Assembly (NCBI GenBank): GCA_044226655.1
Contig: JBGAGO010000004.1
Location: 16,644 to 80,643, forward strand
Origin: Caulobacterales bacterium
Lineage (GTDB): Bacteria > Pseudomonadota > Alphaproteobacteria > Caulobacterales > Aquidulcibacteraceae
Direction: 5' to 3'
DNA length: 64,000 nucleotides
Part shown: positions 36,681 to 45,810 of the stretch, in pieces
Layout: the number at the start of each line of letters is the position of its first letter
Position numbering within the stretch: position 1 is the stretch's first letter
Notes under the pieces: model-generated
What the model was told of the DNA's origin: nothing
Seen by the model: only the letters and a program-made list of their open reading frames with translations
Databases searched by the model: none
Position numbers and translations under genes: made by a program

Positions 36681-36848
36681 TCGCCCTTCTCCCCTTGTGG
36701 GAGAAGGCGTCATCGCCGAAGGCGATGACGGATGAGGGGTGATGGCGCGTTCGCCGAAGACGACGCGCAGACACCCCTCACCCTGCGTCGCGTGTTCGCA
36801 ATCGTTGCGCGCGCTCGTCCCTCTCCCACACAAGGGGAGAGGGACGAG
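36681..36848. repeat. composite palindromic element, empty copy (no ORF in centre)
   Basis: Left arm: cccttctccccttgtgggagaaggcg..acggatgaggggtg. A 30-bp centre follows. Right arm: cacccctcaccc..gtccctctcccacacaaggggagagggac. Confidence 0.7.
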
Positions 36849-36858
36849 TCGGCGCAGA

Positions 36859-38253
36859 TTAATACCGATAATGATCGGGCTTGAACGGGCCGCTCACCGG
36901 CACGTCGATGTAATCGGCTTGGTCCTTCGACAGCTGGGTCAGCTTCGCGCCGAGCTTTTCGAGGTGCAGCATCGCGACTTTTTCATCGAGATGCTTCGGC
37001 AGCGTGTAGACCTTCTTCTCGTAGCTTTTGCCGTTGGTCCAAAGCTCGATCTGCGCCAGCGTCTGGTTGGTGAAGCTTGCGCTCATCACGAAGCTCGGAT
37101 GGCCGGTGGCGTTGCCGAGATTCACGAGGCGGCCTTCCGACAGCACGATGATCTTCTTGCCATCCGGAAATTCCACGTGATGGACCTGATCCTTGATTTT
37201 GTCCCATTTGAAATTGCGCAGCGCCGCAATCTGAATTTCCGAATCGAAGTGCCCGATATTGCAGACGATGGCGTTGTTCTTCATCGCGCGCATGTGCTCG
37301 ATGCGGATGACGTCCTTGTTGCCGGTGGCGGTCACGAAGATGTCGGCCTGCGGGGCCGCGTCTTCCATGGTGACGACCTCATAGCCTTCCATCGCCGCCT
37401 GCAGCGCGCAGATCGGATCGACCTCCGTCACCACGACGCGCGCGCCGCCTTGGCGCAGCGAGGCGGCCGAGCCCTTGCCGACATCGCCATAGCCGGCCAC
37501 GACCGCGACCTTGCCCGCGAGCATCACGTCCGTGCCGCGCCGAATCGCATCGACCAGCGATTCGCGGCAGCCATAGAGATTGTCGAACTTCGACTTGGTG
37601 ACGCTGTCATTGACATTGATCGCGGGGAACGGCAATTCGCCGCGCGTCGCCATCTGATAGAGCCGGTGCACGCCGGTCGTGGTTTCTTCCGACACGCCTT
37701 TGATGGCGTCGCGGATCGCGGAATAGAAGCCGGGCTTTTCCTTAAGGTAGCGGTTCATCACCGTGAAGAGCGCTTCTTCTTCCTCATTCGTCGGTTTGGA
37801 GATGAGCGAGGGATCTTTCTCCGCCTTCGGGCCGAGCACGCACAGCAAGGTCGCATCGCCGCCGTCGTCGAGGATGAGGTTCGGATAGCCGCCATCGCCC
37901 CATTCGAAAATGCGATGGGTGTATTCCCAATACTCAAGCAGGTTTTCGCCCTTCACGGCGAACACGGGCGTGCCGGCCTTCGCGATCGCGGCGGCGGCAT
38001 GATCCTGTGTCGAGAAAATGTTGCACGAAGCCCAGCGCACATCCGCGCCCAGCGCCTTCAGCGTTTCGATCAGCACGGCGGTCTGGATCGTCATGTGCAG
38101 CGAGCCGGCGACGCGCGCGCCCTTCAGCGATTGCTTCGGGCCATATTCCGCGCGCGTGGCCATCAGGCCCGGCATTTCGGTTTCCGCGATCTCGATTTCC
38201 TTGCGGCCGAACTCCGCAAGCGAAATGTCTTTCACCACATAATCAGCGCTCAT
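36859..38253 (-). CDS. ahcY: adenosylhomocysteinase
   Basis: [33 protein letters not shown] and [10 protein letters not shown]. 464 aa. Confidence 0.95.
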   Translation of the reverse strand: MSADYVVKDISLAEFGRKEIEIAETEMPGLMATRAEYGPKQSLKGARVAGSLHMTIQTAVLIETLKALGADVRWASCNIFSTQDHAAAAIAKAGTPVFAVKGENLLEYWEYTHRIFEWGDGGYPNLILDDGGDATLLCVLGPKAEKDPSLISKPTNEEEEALFTVMNRYLKEKPGFYSAIRDAIKGVSEETTTGVHRLYQMATRGELPFPAINVNDSVTKSKFDNLYGCRESLVDAIRRGTDVMLAGKVAVVAGYGDVGKGSAASLRQGGARVVVTEVDPICALQAAMEGYEVVTMEDAAPQADIFVTATGNKDVIRIEHMRAMKNNAIVCNIGHFDSEIQIAALRNFKWDKIKDQVHHVEFPDGKKIIVLSEGRLVNLGNATGHPSFVMSASFTNQTLAQIELWTNGKSYEKKVYTLPKHLDEKVAMLHLEKLGAKLTQLSKDQADYIDVPVSGPFKPDHYRY

Positions 38254-38280
38254 CGCGCGCCCTCCTTCAGGAAGAAAGCT

Positions 38281-38360
38281 CGCGAGCGTCGTTCTCTCAT
38301 GGGAAAACGCGCCAAGCCTGGCGGACCTCTAAGTCCGTCGCAACGCTCCTTGGCGCGCGG
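38281..38360 (-). promoter_or_regulatory. SAH riboswitch in the ahcY 5' leader
   Basis: The minus-strand RNA reads GCCAAGGAGCGUUGCGAC-GGACUUAGAGGUCC-GCCAGGCUUGGC...AACGACGCUC. This matches the SAH-riboswitch core (GAGGAGCGCUGCGAC / GCCAGGCUCGG / AACGGCGCUC pseudoknot) as I recall it. The SD GAAGGAGGG and the ATG follow. Confidence 0.85.
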
Positions 38361-38403
38361 GGGAGATAGCAAAGGCCGGCGAAGCTGACAACCGGGCCGG
38401 ATT

Positions 38404-38952
38404 TCAGCCCGCCAGCGCCGCTTCGGCGCGCAGCACGGCGGCGGCGGCGTTGACCACGGCGGCGATGCGGAGCGCGGCCTGGATCTGCACGTTGGAGAAG
38501 CCGCGCTGGCGCAGCTCGTGCTCATGGCTGTCCAGGCACATGCCGCAGCCATTGATGGCGGAGACGGCGAGGCTCCACAGCTCGAAATCGCCTTTGTCGA
38601 CGCCGGGATTGGCGAGCACGTTCATGCGCAGGCCAGCGCGCAAGGTGCGATATTCCTCGTTCTTCATGAGGTGCAGCGCGCGATAATAGACATTGTTCAT
38701 CGCCATGATGGCGGCGGCGGCTTTGGCGGCGTTGCGCGCCTCGGGCGCGAGCTTCGCATCGGCTTCGGCCGCGATGGCGCAGATCAAAGCAGGCTCGCCC
38801 GCGGCGTGCGCGCAGGCGAGGAAGGCGCCCCATTTCTGCTGCTCGCTCAACGCCTGATCGCTCGCGAGCGAGCCGAGGTTCAGCTTGATATCCTTGGCGT
38901 AGTCAGGGAGCGCATCGCGCAGCGCATCGAACCCGACGGCGTCGAAAGCCAT
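38404..38952 (-). CDS. ahpD: alkyl hydroperoxide reductase AhpD (carboxymuconolactone decarboxylase family)
   Basis: CxxC active site ([12 protein letters not shown]). The length and its position downstream of ahpC also fit. Confidence 0.88.
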   Translation of the reverse strand: MAFDAVGFDALRDALPDYAKDIKLNLGSLASDQALSEQQKWGAFLACAHAAGEPALICAIAAEADAKLAPEARNAAKAAAAIMAMNNVYYRALHLMKNEEYRTLRAGLRMNVLANPGVDKGDFELWSLAVSAINGCGMCLDSHEHELRQRGFSNVQIQAALRIAAVVNAAAAVLRAEAALAG

Positions 38953-39030
38953 GTCTTCCTCGTTTCTGCTTAAGTGAAGCGCGGCGCGCGAGGCCGGCGT
39001 GAACACGCCAGCCTCGCCTCGCATCCGCGA

Positions 39031-39585
39031 TCAGGCCGCTTTCAGGACTTCGCCGCCGACGGGGCGATTGCACGGGCAGAGTTCATCGGTCTGCAGCGCA
39101 TCGAGCACACGGAGCGTGTCCGATGGATTGCGGCCAACATTGAGATTGGTGACATAGACGTGCTGGATGACGTTGTGCGGATCGACCACATAGGTCGCGC
39201 GCAGCGCCACGCCTTCGGACGAACGCACGCCCAGGCCATCGACCAGCGCGCCGGTCGAATCCGCGAACTGCCATTGCGGCAGCTTGGCGAGGTCCTTGTG
39301 GTCGCGCCGCCAAGCCAGCTTGCAGAATTCATTGTCGGTCGAGCCGCCGAGCACGACCGCGTCACGGTCGGCGAAATCCTTTTCGAGGCGGGCGAATTCG
39401 GCGATCTCGGTCGGGCAGACGAAGGTGAAATCCTTCGGGTAGAAATAGATCACCTTCCACTTGCCGGGGAACGAGGCCTCGGTGATCTCCTCGAAGGCCG
39501 AAACGCCGCCCTCCTCGTGCTGCATGAAGCCGGGCTTCACGCCGGTGACTTTGAACACGGGCAGCTTGTCGCCGATCCCCAACAT
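39031..39585 (-). CDS. ahpC: peroxiredoxin AhpC (AhpC/TSA family)
   Basis: Peroxidatic Cys motif (KVIYFYPKDFTFVCPTEI) and resolving Cys near the C-terminus (ELCPCN). GGAGAAG precedes the ATG at 39585. Confidence 0.9.
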   Translation of the reverse strand: MLGIGDKLPVFKVTGVKPGFMQHEEGGVSAFEEITEASFPGKWKVIYFYPKDFTFVCPTEIAEFARLEKDFADRDAVVLGGSTDNEFCKLAWRRDHKDLAKLPQWQFADSTGALVDGLGVRSSEGVALRATYVVDPHNVIQHVYVTNLNVGRNPSDTLRVLDALQTDELCPCNRPVGGEVLKAA

Positions 39586-39771
39586 AAACGCTTCTCCTGC
39601 AAGTCCGATGAGCCGGAGGCCCCTTGTCGTTTTTGCAGATGCGAAGCGCAAATTGAAATGGTGGATACACTTATAGGGAAATTCTATCGCGGCCAGGCGC
39701 TTAGGAATGCGGCGCCCCGCGACAATTTGTGTGCGGCGCCACAATGAGAGGGCGCCGCACAGGGGCCGCTG

Positions 39772-40956
39772 TTAGGCCAGCCCCTTCAATTCCCCGACCA
39801 AATCCGTCTTTTCCCAGGAGAAGCCGCCATCGGCGTCGGGCGTGCGGCCGAAATGGCCGTAGGCGGCGGTGCGCGCGTAGATCGGCTTGTTGAGGCCGAG
39901 ATGTTCGCGGATCGCGCGCGGCGTGCAGCCGCCGATCAGCTCGGGCAGCACGGCTTCGAGCTTGGCCGGATCAATGTTCCCGCCATCGTGCAGATCGACA
40001 TAGAAGGAGAGCGGCTTCGAGACGCCGATGGCGTAGCCGATCTGGATCGTGCAACGGTCCGCGAGGCCGGCGGCCACCACATTCTTCGCCAGATAGCGGC
40101 AGGCATAGGCGGCCGAGCGGTCGACCTTGGTAGGGTCCTTGCCGGAGAAGGCGCCGCCGCCATGGGGCGCGGCCCCGCCATAGGTGTCGACGATGATCTT
40201 GCGCCCGGTGAGGCCGCAATCGCCGTCCGGCCCGCCGATCACGAAATTGCCGGTGGGGTTCACGTGCCATTCCGTGTTCGCATCGACGAACGAGGCCGGC
40301 AGCACTTTCAGAATGTACGGCTTGACGATGTCTTCGACGTCCTTCGGCGTGAGCCCTTCCTTGTGCTGCGTGGAAAGCACGATGGAGGCGGCGCGCACCG
40401 GCTTGCCGTTTTCATAGATCAGCGTGACCTGGCTTTTCGCATCGGGTTCGAGCCCGGCTTCCTTGCCGGAATGGCGCGCCTCGGCGAGCACTTTCAGAAT
40501 GTTGTGCGAATATTGCAGCGTCGCGGGCATCAGCTCCGGCGTCTCGTTCGTGGCGTAGCCGAACATGATGCCCTGATCGCCCGCGCCCTCGTCCTTGTTG
40601 GAGCCGGCGTCGACGCCCATCGCGATATCGGCCGATTGCGCGTGCAGATGGCACTCGTAATGCGCCGTGGCCCAATGGAAGCCCTTCTGGTGGTAGCCGA
40701 TGTCCTTGACGGCTTCGCGCACCTTCTCTTCGAGCCCGTCGATCAGGCCCTTGAGCTTGTCGTCCTCGGCGCGGACTTCGCCGGCGAGGATGATGCGCTG
40801 CGTCGTCACCATGGTTTCGCAGGCCACGCGCGCGACCGGATCGGCGGCCAGGAACGCATCGACGACCGTGTCCGAAATCCGGTCCGCCACCTTGTCCGGG
40901 TGGCCCTCTGACACGCTCTCGCTGGTGAAAATATAGCTCTTCCGGCGGCTGCTCAT
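39772..40956 (-). CDS. metK: S-adenosylmethionine synthetase
   Basis: [34 protein letters not shown] and [19 protein letters not shown]. The ATG at 40956 is preferred over the GTG at 40968. Confidence 0.95.
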   Translation of the reverse strand: MSSRRKSYIFTSESVSEGHPDKVADRISDTVVDAFLAADPVARVACETMVTTQRIILAGEVRAEDDKLKGLIDGLEEKVREAVKDIGYHQKGFHWATAHYECHLHAQSADIAMGVDAGSNKDEGAGDQGIMFGYATNETPELMPATLQYSHNILKVLAEARHSGKEAGLEPDAKSQVTLIYENGKPVRAASIVLSTQHKEGLTPKDVEDIVKPYILKVLPASFVDANTEWHVNPTGNFVIGGPDGDCGLTGRKIIVDTYGGAAPHGGGAFSGKDPTKVDRSAAYACRYLAKNVVAAGLADRCTIQIGYAIGVSKPLSFYVDLHDGGNIDPAKLEAVLPELIGGCTPRAIREHLGLNKPIYARTAAYGHFGRTPDADGGFSWEKTDLVGELKGLA

Positions 40957-41062
40957 GCGGCGCGTCACCCCTGTTGACCTTGCCTGAGGCGCTTAGACCA
41001 TAAGCGCGCGCGCCGCCACTGGCCGGCGCCGGCTGCGGACGCCGCCTGCCGCCGCAGCCGCG

Positions 41063-41413
41063 TCAGGCGCGCGGCGGCGTCTTGGGTGCGTAAAACACGA
41101 GCGCCCAGCCGCCCGGCGCGGTCGCGGCGAAGCGCATCTCGTGCGGCCCCTCCTCGATGGCGCCGGGCGCCAAGCCCAGCGCCTGCGCCCGCGCCCGCGC
41201 CTCCTCCAGCGCATCGACCTTGATCATCACGCCGGCCTGATCGGAGACCCGGTCGGTCCCCGCCAGCGCGATGCGGCGCCCGCCCACATCGAACTGCGCC
41301 CAGCGCGCGCCATCGACGAAGGTGGGCGCAACGCCCAGCAATTCGGTCCAGAGCCGCGCCGCCTCCGCCACATCGGGCGTCGGCAGAACTGTGCTGATCC
41401 CTTCCACGCGCAT
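41063..41413 (-). CDS. VOC/glyoxalase-family protein
   Basis: 116-aa ORF with a VOC-like pattern (VLPTPDVAEAARLWTELLGV...). Confidence 0.65.
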   Translation of the reverse strand: MRVEGISTVLPTPDVAEAARLWTELLGVAPTFVDGARWAQFDVGGRRIALAGTDRVSDQAGVMIKVDALEEARARAQALGLAPGAIEEGPHEMRFAATAPGGWALVFYAPKTPPRA

Positions 41414-41487
41414 CGCTCACCCCGCAATTGACACAAGCCGCATCCGCTCTATCGCCAAACCCGCCCGCGCGCACTTTTGGAGTCCCC

Positions 41488-42219
41488 ATGACGGAGCGAC
41501 CGCTCATCGGCATCGTGCTGGACGAGGTGCTGGATCCGCCGGCGGACGGTTCGGCGTTTTCGCGCCGGCCCTTCTATGCGTTGCGTATGGATTATTTCCG
41601 CGCCGTCGCGCGCGCAGGCGGCGCGCCGATCGGCGTGCCTTATGAAGAAGACGCGCTCGAGACCTATCTCGCGCGCTGCGACGGCTGGCTCATTCCCGGC
41701 GGCGATTACCGCTTTCCGCCGGATTGGTACGACAGGCCGCCGCCGCCCGGCAGCGCTGCGCCGAGCGAGCGGCGCGTGTTCGAGATCAAGGCCGCGGCGC
41801 GCATTCTCGATGCGGATGCGCCGCTGCTCGGCATCTGCAATGGCATGCAGGTGATGGCCGCCGCGCGCGGCGGGCGCATCGCCTATTGGGGCCACGTAGC
41901 GCGGCCTGGCGGCGCCATTCTCCACGGCGATCCCGCGACGGGCATCGCCTATCACGACGTGACGATCGAACCAGGGAGCCCGATCGCCGCCATTCTCGGC
42001 GCCGGCGTCCACCGCGTGAACTCGGCACACAAGGAAGACGTCGCGCGCGTCGGCGACGGAACGCGCATCACAGCGCGCGCGCCGGACGGCGTCATCGAGG
42101 CCATCGAGTTTCCCGGCGCGGCGTTCGCTATCGGCGTGCAATGGCACCCTGAGCGGGACGATCCCGCCGGCGCGGCGTTGTTTGAGGCGTTGGTGGCGGC
42201 GGCGGGCGGGCGACGCTGA
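41488..42219 (+). CDS. gamma-glutamyl-gamma-aminobutyrate hydrolase family protein (peptidase C26, class I amidotransferase)
   Basis: Nucleophile motif (PLLGICNGMQ) and VQWHPE. Confidence 0.85.
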   Translation: MTERPLIGIVLDEVLDPPADGSAFSRRPFYALRMDYFRAVARAGGAPIGVPYEEDALETYLARCDGWLIPGGDYRFPPDWYDRPPPPGSAAPSERRVFEIKAAARILDADAPLLGICNGMQVMAAARGGRIAYWGHVARPGGAILHGDPATGIAYHDVTIEPGSPIAAILGAGVHRVNSAHKEDVARVGDGTRITARAPDGVIEAIEFPGAAFAIGVQWHPERDDPAGAALFEALVAAAGGRR

Positions 42220-42239
42220 ACCGGAACCAATCGGAAGGA

Positions 42240-42316
42240 TGGCGCGCCCGAAGAGATTCGAACTCCTGACCCTCAGATTCGTAGTCTGATGCTCTATCCA
42301 GCTGAGCTACGGGCGC
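42240..42316 (-). tRNA. tRNA-Arg (anticodon ACG)
   Basis: The minus strand reads GCGCCCGTAGCTCAGCTGGATAGAGCATCAGACTACGAATCTGAGGGTCAGGAGTTCGAATCTCTTCGGGCGCGCCA. It folds into a 77-nt cloverleaf with a 7-bp acceptor stem, anticodon loop CUACGAA and an encoded CCA. Confidence 0.92.
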
Positions 42317-42507
42317 GCGAGGAGCGGTCCTATAGCGGGGGGCGGCTGGCGGTTCAAGCGTGAGGGCTCCACCGGCCCGATCCGCGCCGGTTTCGGCCCC
42401 GTGACCCCAACGCGTGACCTTCGTCACAGCGGCCCGGCCGGGCCGGCTCTAGGGTCTGATCATCGCAACGACGCGATGAGCCAACACCGAGCCAAACGGA
42501 GCCAGAG

Positions 42508-42612
42508 ATGACGACCTTCAAGACCCGCCTGATGAGCCTGATGATCGCCGCGGTGATCGCGGTCCCGGTGCTGCTGACGGTGTCGCACCAAGCCGCCCAA
42601 ATCGTCGCCTGA
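42508..42612 (+). CDS. 34-codon mini-ORF A (MTTFKTRLMSLMIAAVIAVPVLLTVSHQAAQIVA)
   Basis: GGAG sits 6 nt before the ATG. 32 of 34 third positions are G/C. It is a paralogue of the adjacent mini-ORF, with synonymous-only differences in the shared tail. Confidence 0.55.
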   Translation: MTTFKTRLMSLMIAAVIAVPVLLTVSHQAAQIVA

Positions 42613-42646
42613 TCCGTTCGAACCCAGATTTCAGAGAGCCAATCCA

Positions 42647-42736
42647 ATGACCAAATTCTTCTCCTTCGCCGCCGCCCTCCTCGTCGCCGTGATGGCCGCC
42701 CCGGTGCTGCATCAAGCCGCGCAGATCGTCGCGTAA
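42647..42736 (+). CDS. 29-codon mini-ORF B (MTKFFSFAAALLVAVMAAPVLHQAAQIVA)
   Basis: GAGAG sits 8 nt before the ATG. 26 of 29 third positions are G/C. It is a paralogue of mini-ORF A. Confidence 0.55.
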   Translation: MTKFFSFAAALLVAVMAAPVLHQAAQIVA

Positions 42737-42755
42737 GGGCAGCAGCTAGAATTCT

Positions 42756-42810
42756 GTACCGCCGGCTTCCAGCCGGCAGGTCGTCTCTGCCGGCTGGAAG
42801 CCGGTGGTAC
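42756..42810. repeat. REP-like hairpin gtaccgccggcttccagccggcag-N7-ctgccggctggaagccggtggtac (copy 2)
   Basis: It has the same core as 27867-27915. Confidence 0.75.
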
Positions 42811-42821
42811 GAAGAAGGAAA

Positions 42822-42855
42822 GGGCGCGGGGATTTGGCTCTCCCCGTGCCCTTTT
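42822..42855. terminator. bidirectional intrinsic terminator between the mini-ORFs and lon
   Basis: On the plus strand, an 11-bp stem (GGGCGCGGGGA / TCCCCGTGCCC) is followed by TTTT. The reverse complement sits 10 nt after the lon stop. Confidence 0.65.
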
Positions 42856-42865
42856 CTGTGCGCGC

Positions 42866-45244
42866 TCAGCACGCGCGCGCTGTCTTGCTGGGCGCTTCGA
42901 TGGGATCGAGGGCTTCGCGGACGGCGTCTTCGACGCGTTCGATCCAGATGATCGCAAGCCTTTCGCGCGCATCGGCGGGGATGTCGTCGTAGTCGCGCTT
43001 GTTGCGCGCGGGCAGCAGCACGCGCGTAAGGCCCGCGCGCGCGGCGGCGGCGACTTTCTCCTTGATGCCGCCGACAGGCAGGACGAGGCCGCGCAGGCTG
43101 ATCTCGCCCGTCATCGCGGTGTCGCTGCGGATGGTGCGCCCCGTCAGCAGTGAAGCGAGCGCCATATACATGGCCACGCCCGCGCTCGGCCCGTCCTTCG
43201 GCGTGGCGCCCGCCGGCACGTGGATGTGAATGTCGTTCTTCTCGAACAGCGACTGCTCGAACCCGAGCGCGGCGGCCGAGCCTTTGACCAGGCTGAACGC
43301 GGCCTGCGCGCTCTCGCGCATCACATCGCCCAATTGCCCCGTCAGCGTGAGGCCGCCGCGGCCGGGCGTAAGCGCTGCTTCGATGAAAAGGATATCGCCG
43401 CCGACCGGCGTCCAGGCGAGCCCGGTGGCCACGCCCGGCACGCTGGTGCGCATCGCCACCTCGTTCTCGAAACGCGGCTGGCCCAGAGCCTCGGCGAGAT
43501 CGCCCACGCGGATGCGCCGCCGCGTCGCGGGCTTCTCTGCGACCGCCACGGCGACATGGCGCAGAACCTTGCCGATCTCGCGCTCCAGATTGCGGACGCC
43601 GGATTCGCGCGTGTAGCCGTTGATGATGACGCGCAGCGCGTCGTCTTCGATCTCCGCCTGATCGGGCGAAAGCCCATTGGCCTGCAATTGGCGGCGCACC
43701 AGATAGCGGCGCGCGATCTGGAATTTTTCTTCCTCGGTGTAGCCGGAGAGCGAGATGATCTCCATCCGGTCGCGCAAGGGGCCTGAGACCGAATCCAGCA
43801 TGTTCGCCGTGGCGATGAACACCACCGCCGAAAGATCGAACGGCACGGCGAGATAATTGTCGCGGAAGGCGACGTTCTGTTCCGGGTCGAGCACCTCCAG
43901 CATCGCCGCGGAGGGATCGCCCTGCACGCCCGCGCCCATCTTGTCGATCTCATCGAGCATCATCACGCAATCGCGCGCGCCGGTTTTGCGCAGGGCTTGA
44001 ATGATGTTGCCGGGCAGCGCGCCGACATAGGTGCGGCGATGGCCGCGGATCTCGGCTTCGTCATGCACGCCGCCGAGGCTGACGCGCGTGAATTTACGGC
44101 CCATGGCGCGCGCGATGGATTGGCCGAGCGAAGTTTTGCCGACGCCCGGCGGCCCCGCGAAGCACAGGATCGGCGCCTTGCCGCCCGGCGCCAGCTTGCG
44201 CACGGCGAGATATTCGATGATGCGCTCTTTGATCTTTTCGAGCCCGTAGTGATCTTCATCGAGGATCGCGCGCGCCGCCGCGATGTCGATCGGCGCGCTT
44301 TCCGGCAGCGCCCAGGGCAGCTCGATCAGCCAATCCAGATAGGTGCGGATCATGCCGTATTCGCCGGAGGCTTCGGGCAAGCGTTCGAGCCTTCGCGCCT
44401 CGTTGCGCGCGGCCTGTTCGGCCTCCGCGGGCATCTTCGCCTTCGTGATCGCTTCGTTGAGCGACGCGATCTCCGCGCTGCGGGTATCGCCTTCGCCCAG
44501 CTCGCGCTGGATCGCCGCCATCTGTTCGCGCAGCAGCACCTCGCGCTGGCGTTCGTCGAGCGCCGCCCTGGTCTGCAGGCCGATCTCGCGCGACAGGCGC
44601 AGCACCTCGGCGCGATGCGCGAGCAGCGCGTTCACGGCCTCCATGCGCGCGTTGATGTCGAGCGTTTCGAGCAGACGCTGCTTCTCGTCGGGCGTGGCGT
44701 CGATCAAAGCGCCGACCAGATCAGCCAGCGCGGACGGCGAATTGGCCTGCGCGACCTCGGCCTGCAATTCCGGCGGCGCGTTCGGCAGCAATTGCACGAC
44801 CTCGGTCGCGAGCGCCTTCAGATTGAGGAAGCGGGCTTCGATTTCGGGCGTCTTGGCGTCCGATTCGGTGAGCATGTCCGCCTTGCAGGCGATGTAGGGC
44901 GCCTCTTGCACGAACTCGCGCGCGCGAAAGCGCTGTTCGCCCTGGCAGATGAGATGATGTTCGCCATCCGGCCCCGCCACGTAGCGCAGGATCGTCGCGA
45001 CGACGCCGATCGTGTTGAGATCGCCGGGCAGCGGATCGGCGATATCGGGATCGCGCTGCAGCAGAAGGCCGATCGGGCGGCCCTCGCGCACGGCCTGCTG
45101 CGCGGCGGCCACCGAACGCGCGCGCCCGATGGTCAGCGGCATCACGGCGCCGGGAAACAGCACGAAACCGCGCACCGGCACGATCAGCAAATGATCGGCG
45201 GGCGCGGGCGTTTCTTTCGGGGTTGCTTGAATGCTCTCAGACAT
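42866..45244 (-). CDS. lon: ATP-dependent Lon protease (divergent paralogue)
   Basis: LON N-domain ([19 protein letters not shown]), Walker A (GPPGVGKTS) and protease motif ([11 protein letters not shown]). 792 aa. Confidence 0.92.
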   Translation of the reverse strand: MSESIQATPKETPAPADHLLIVPVRGFVLFPGAVMPLTIGRARSVAAAQQAVREGRPIGLLLQRDPDIADPLPGDLNTIGVVATILRYVAGPDGEHHLICQGEQRFRAREFVQEAPYIACKADMLTESDAKTPEIEARFLNLKALATEVVQLLPNAPPELQAEVAQANSPSALADLVGALIDATPDEKQRLLETLDINARMEAVNALLAHRAEVLRLSREIGLQTRAALDERQREVLLREQMAAIQRELGEGDTRSAEIASLNEAITKAKMPAEAEQAARNEARRLERLPEASGEYGMIRTYLDWLIELPWALPESAPIDIAAARAILDEDHYGLEKIKERIIEYLAVRKLAPGGKAPILCFAGPPGVGKTSLGQSIARAMGRKFTRVSLGGVHDEAEIRGHRRTYVGALPGNIIQALRKTGARDCVMMLDEIDKMGAGVQGDPSAAMLEVLDPEQNVAFRDNYLAVPFDLSAVVFIATANMLDSVSGPLRDRMEIISLSGYTEEEKFQIARRYLVRRQLQANGLSPDQAEIEDDALRVIINGYTRESGVRNLEREIGKVLRHVAVAVAEKPATRRRIRVGDLAEALGQPRFENEVAMRTSVPGVATGLAWTPVGGDILFIEAALTPGRGGLTLTGQLGDVMRESAQAAFSLVKGSAAALGFEQSLFEKNDIHIHVPAGATPKDGPSAGVAMYMALASLLTGRTIRSDTAMTGEISLRGLVLPVGGIKEKVAAAARAGLTRVLLPARNKRDYDDIPADARERLAIIWIERVEDAVREALDPIEAPSKTARAC

Positions 45245-45253
45245 GGCCGCGCC

Positions 45254-45658
45254 TCACGCCTTCTCAAGCCGAACGACGAGACAGCCATTCGCCATCGCGT
45301 GTGACACGCTGCGATAGGCGCCCGGGGGCAGCGCAATGCGGCGCTCGAACCGGCCCTGCGGCAATTCCAGGCGATGAATGATCGCCGTGCGCGCCTCCGC
45401 CGGCAGCACGCGCTGGCCGGCGATCAGCAGCGCCCCGCCCTCGATGCGCGCATCGATCGCGTCGGGATCGACGCCGGGCAGCGCCGCGAGCACGATCACC
45501 TCTTCGTCGGTTTCCAGCATATCGACCGGCGGCGACCAATTGGGCGCGCCTGGCGCCGCGCGCCGCGGTTCGAACAGCAGACGCTGCATACGCTCGGCGC
45601 GCGCCATCAGCTCCAGCGCGTCCGACCACATCCGCACGCGCGCGTCGTCTGGAGGCAT
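45254..45658 (-). CDS. Hsp20/alpha-crystallin small heat-shock protein
   Basis: The ACD pattern is PPVDMLETDEEVIVLAALPGVDPDAIDARIEGGALLIAG...LELPQGRFERRIALP. GGGCGGAG precedes the internal ATG. The gene ends 9 nt before the lon start. Confidence 0.88.
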   Translation of the reverse strand: MPPDDARVRMWSDALELMARAERMQRLLFEPRRAAPGAPNWSPPVDMLETDEEVIVLAALPGVDPDAIDARIEGGALLIAGQRVLPAEARTAIIHRLELPQGRFERRIALPPGAYRSVSHAMANGCLVVRLEKA

Positions 45659-45810
45659 GGCTCCGCCCTTCTTCTTCGCCGGCGCCTCATCGGCGCGTTG
45701 GCGCGGTCTTATCGCACCTCGGCGGGCCGGCGAAACAGGGAACGCATGACCGGCCCGGCGCTGGCCCAGGCGCGCAGCGCGTGCCAAGCTCCCGACCTGA
45801 CGGGGACGAG

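Noticed and set aside
36739-38388. 549-aa ORF antisense to ahcY.
   Set aside because: The ahcY frame is unambiguous. The antisense ORF also runs through the riboswitch and the palindromic repeat.
40957-41062. SAM-type riboswitch (SAM-II, SAM-V or SAM/SAH) in the metK leader.
   Set aside because: I could not find the conserved cores. The region is mostly a GC hairpin that looks like the terminator of the upstream VOC gene.
42317-42507. Genomic island or prophage integration at tRNA-Arg.
   Set aside because: There is no integrase, no direct repeat of the tRNA 3' end, and no compositional shift next to the tRNA.
45659-45810. ROSE-type RNA thermometer or RpoH promoter before hsp20.
   Set aside because: I found no U(U/C)GCU anti-SD hairpin or CTTG-N17-CCTATNT-like promoter by eye. 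This would need a covariance-model search.
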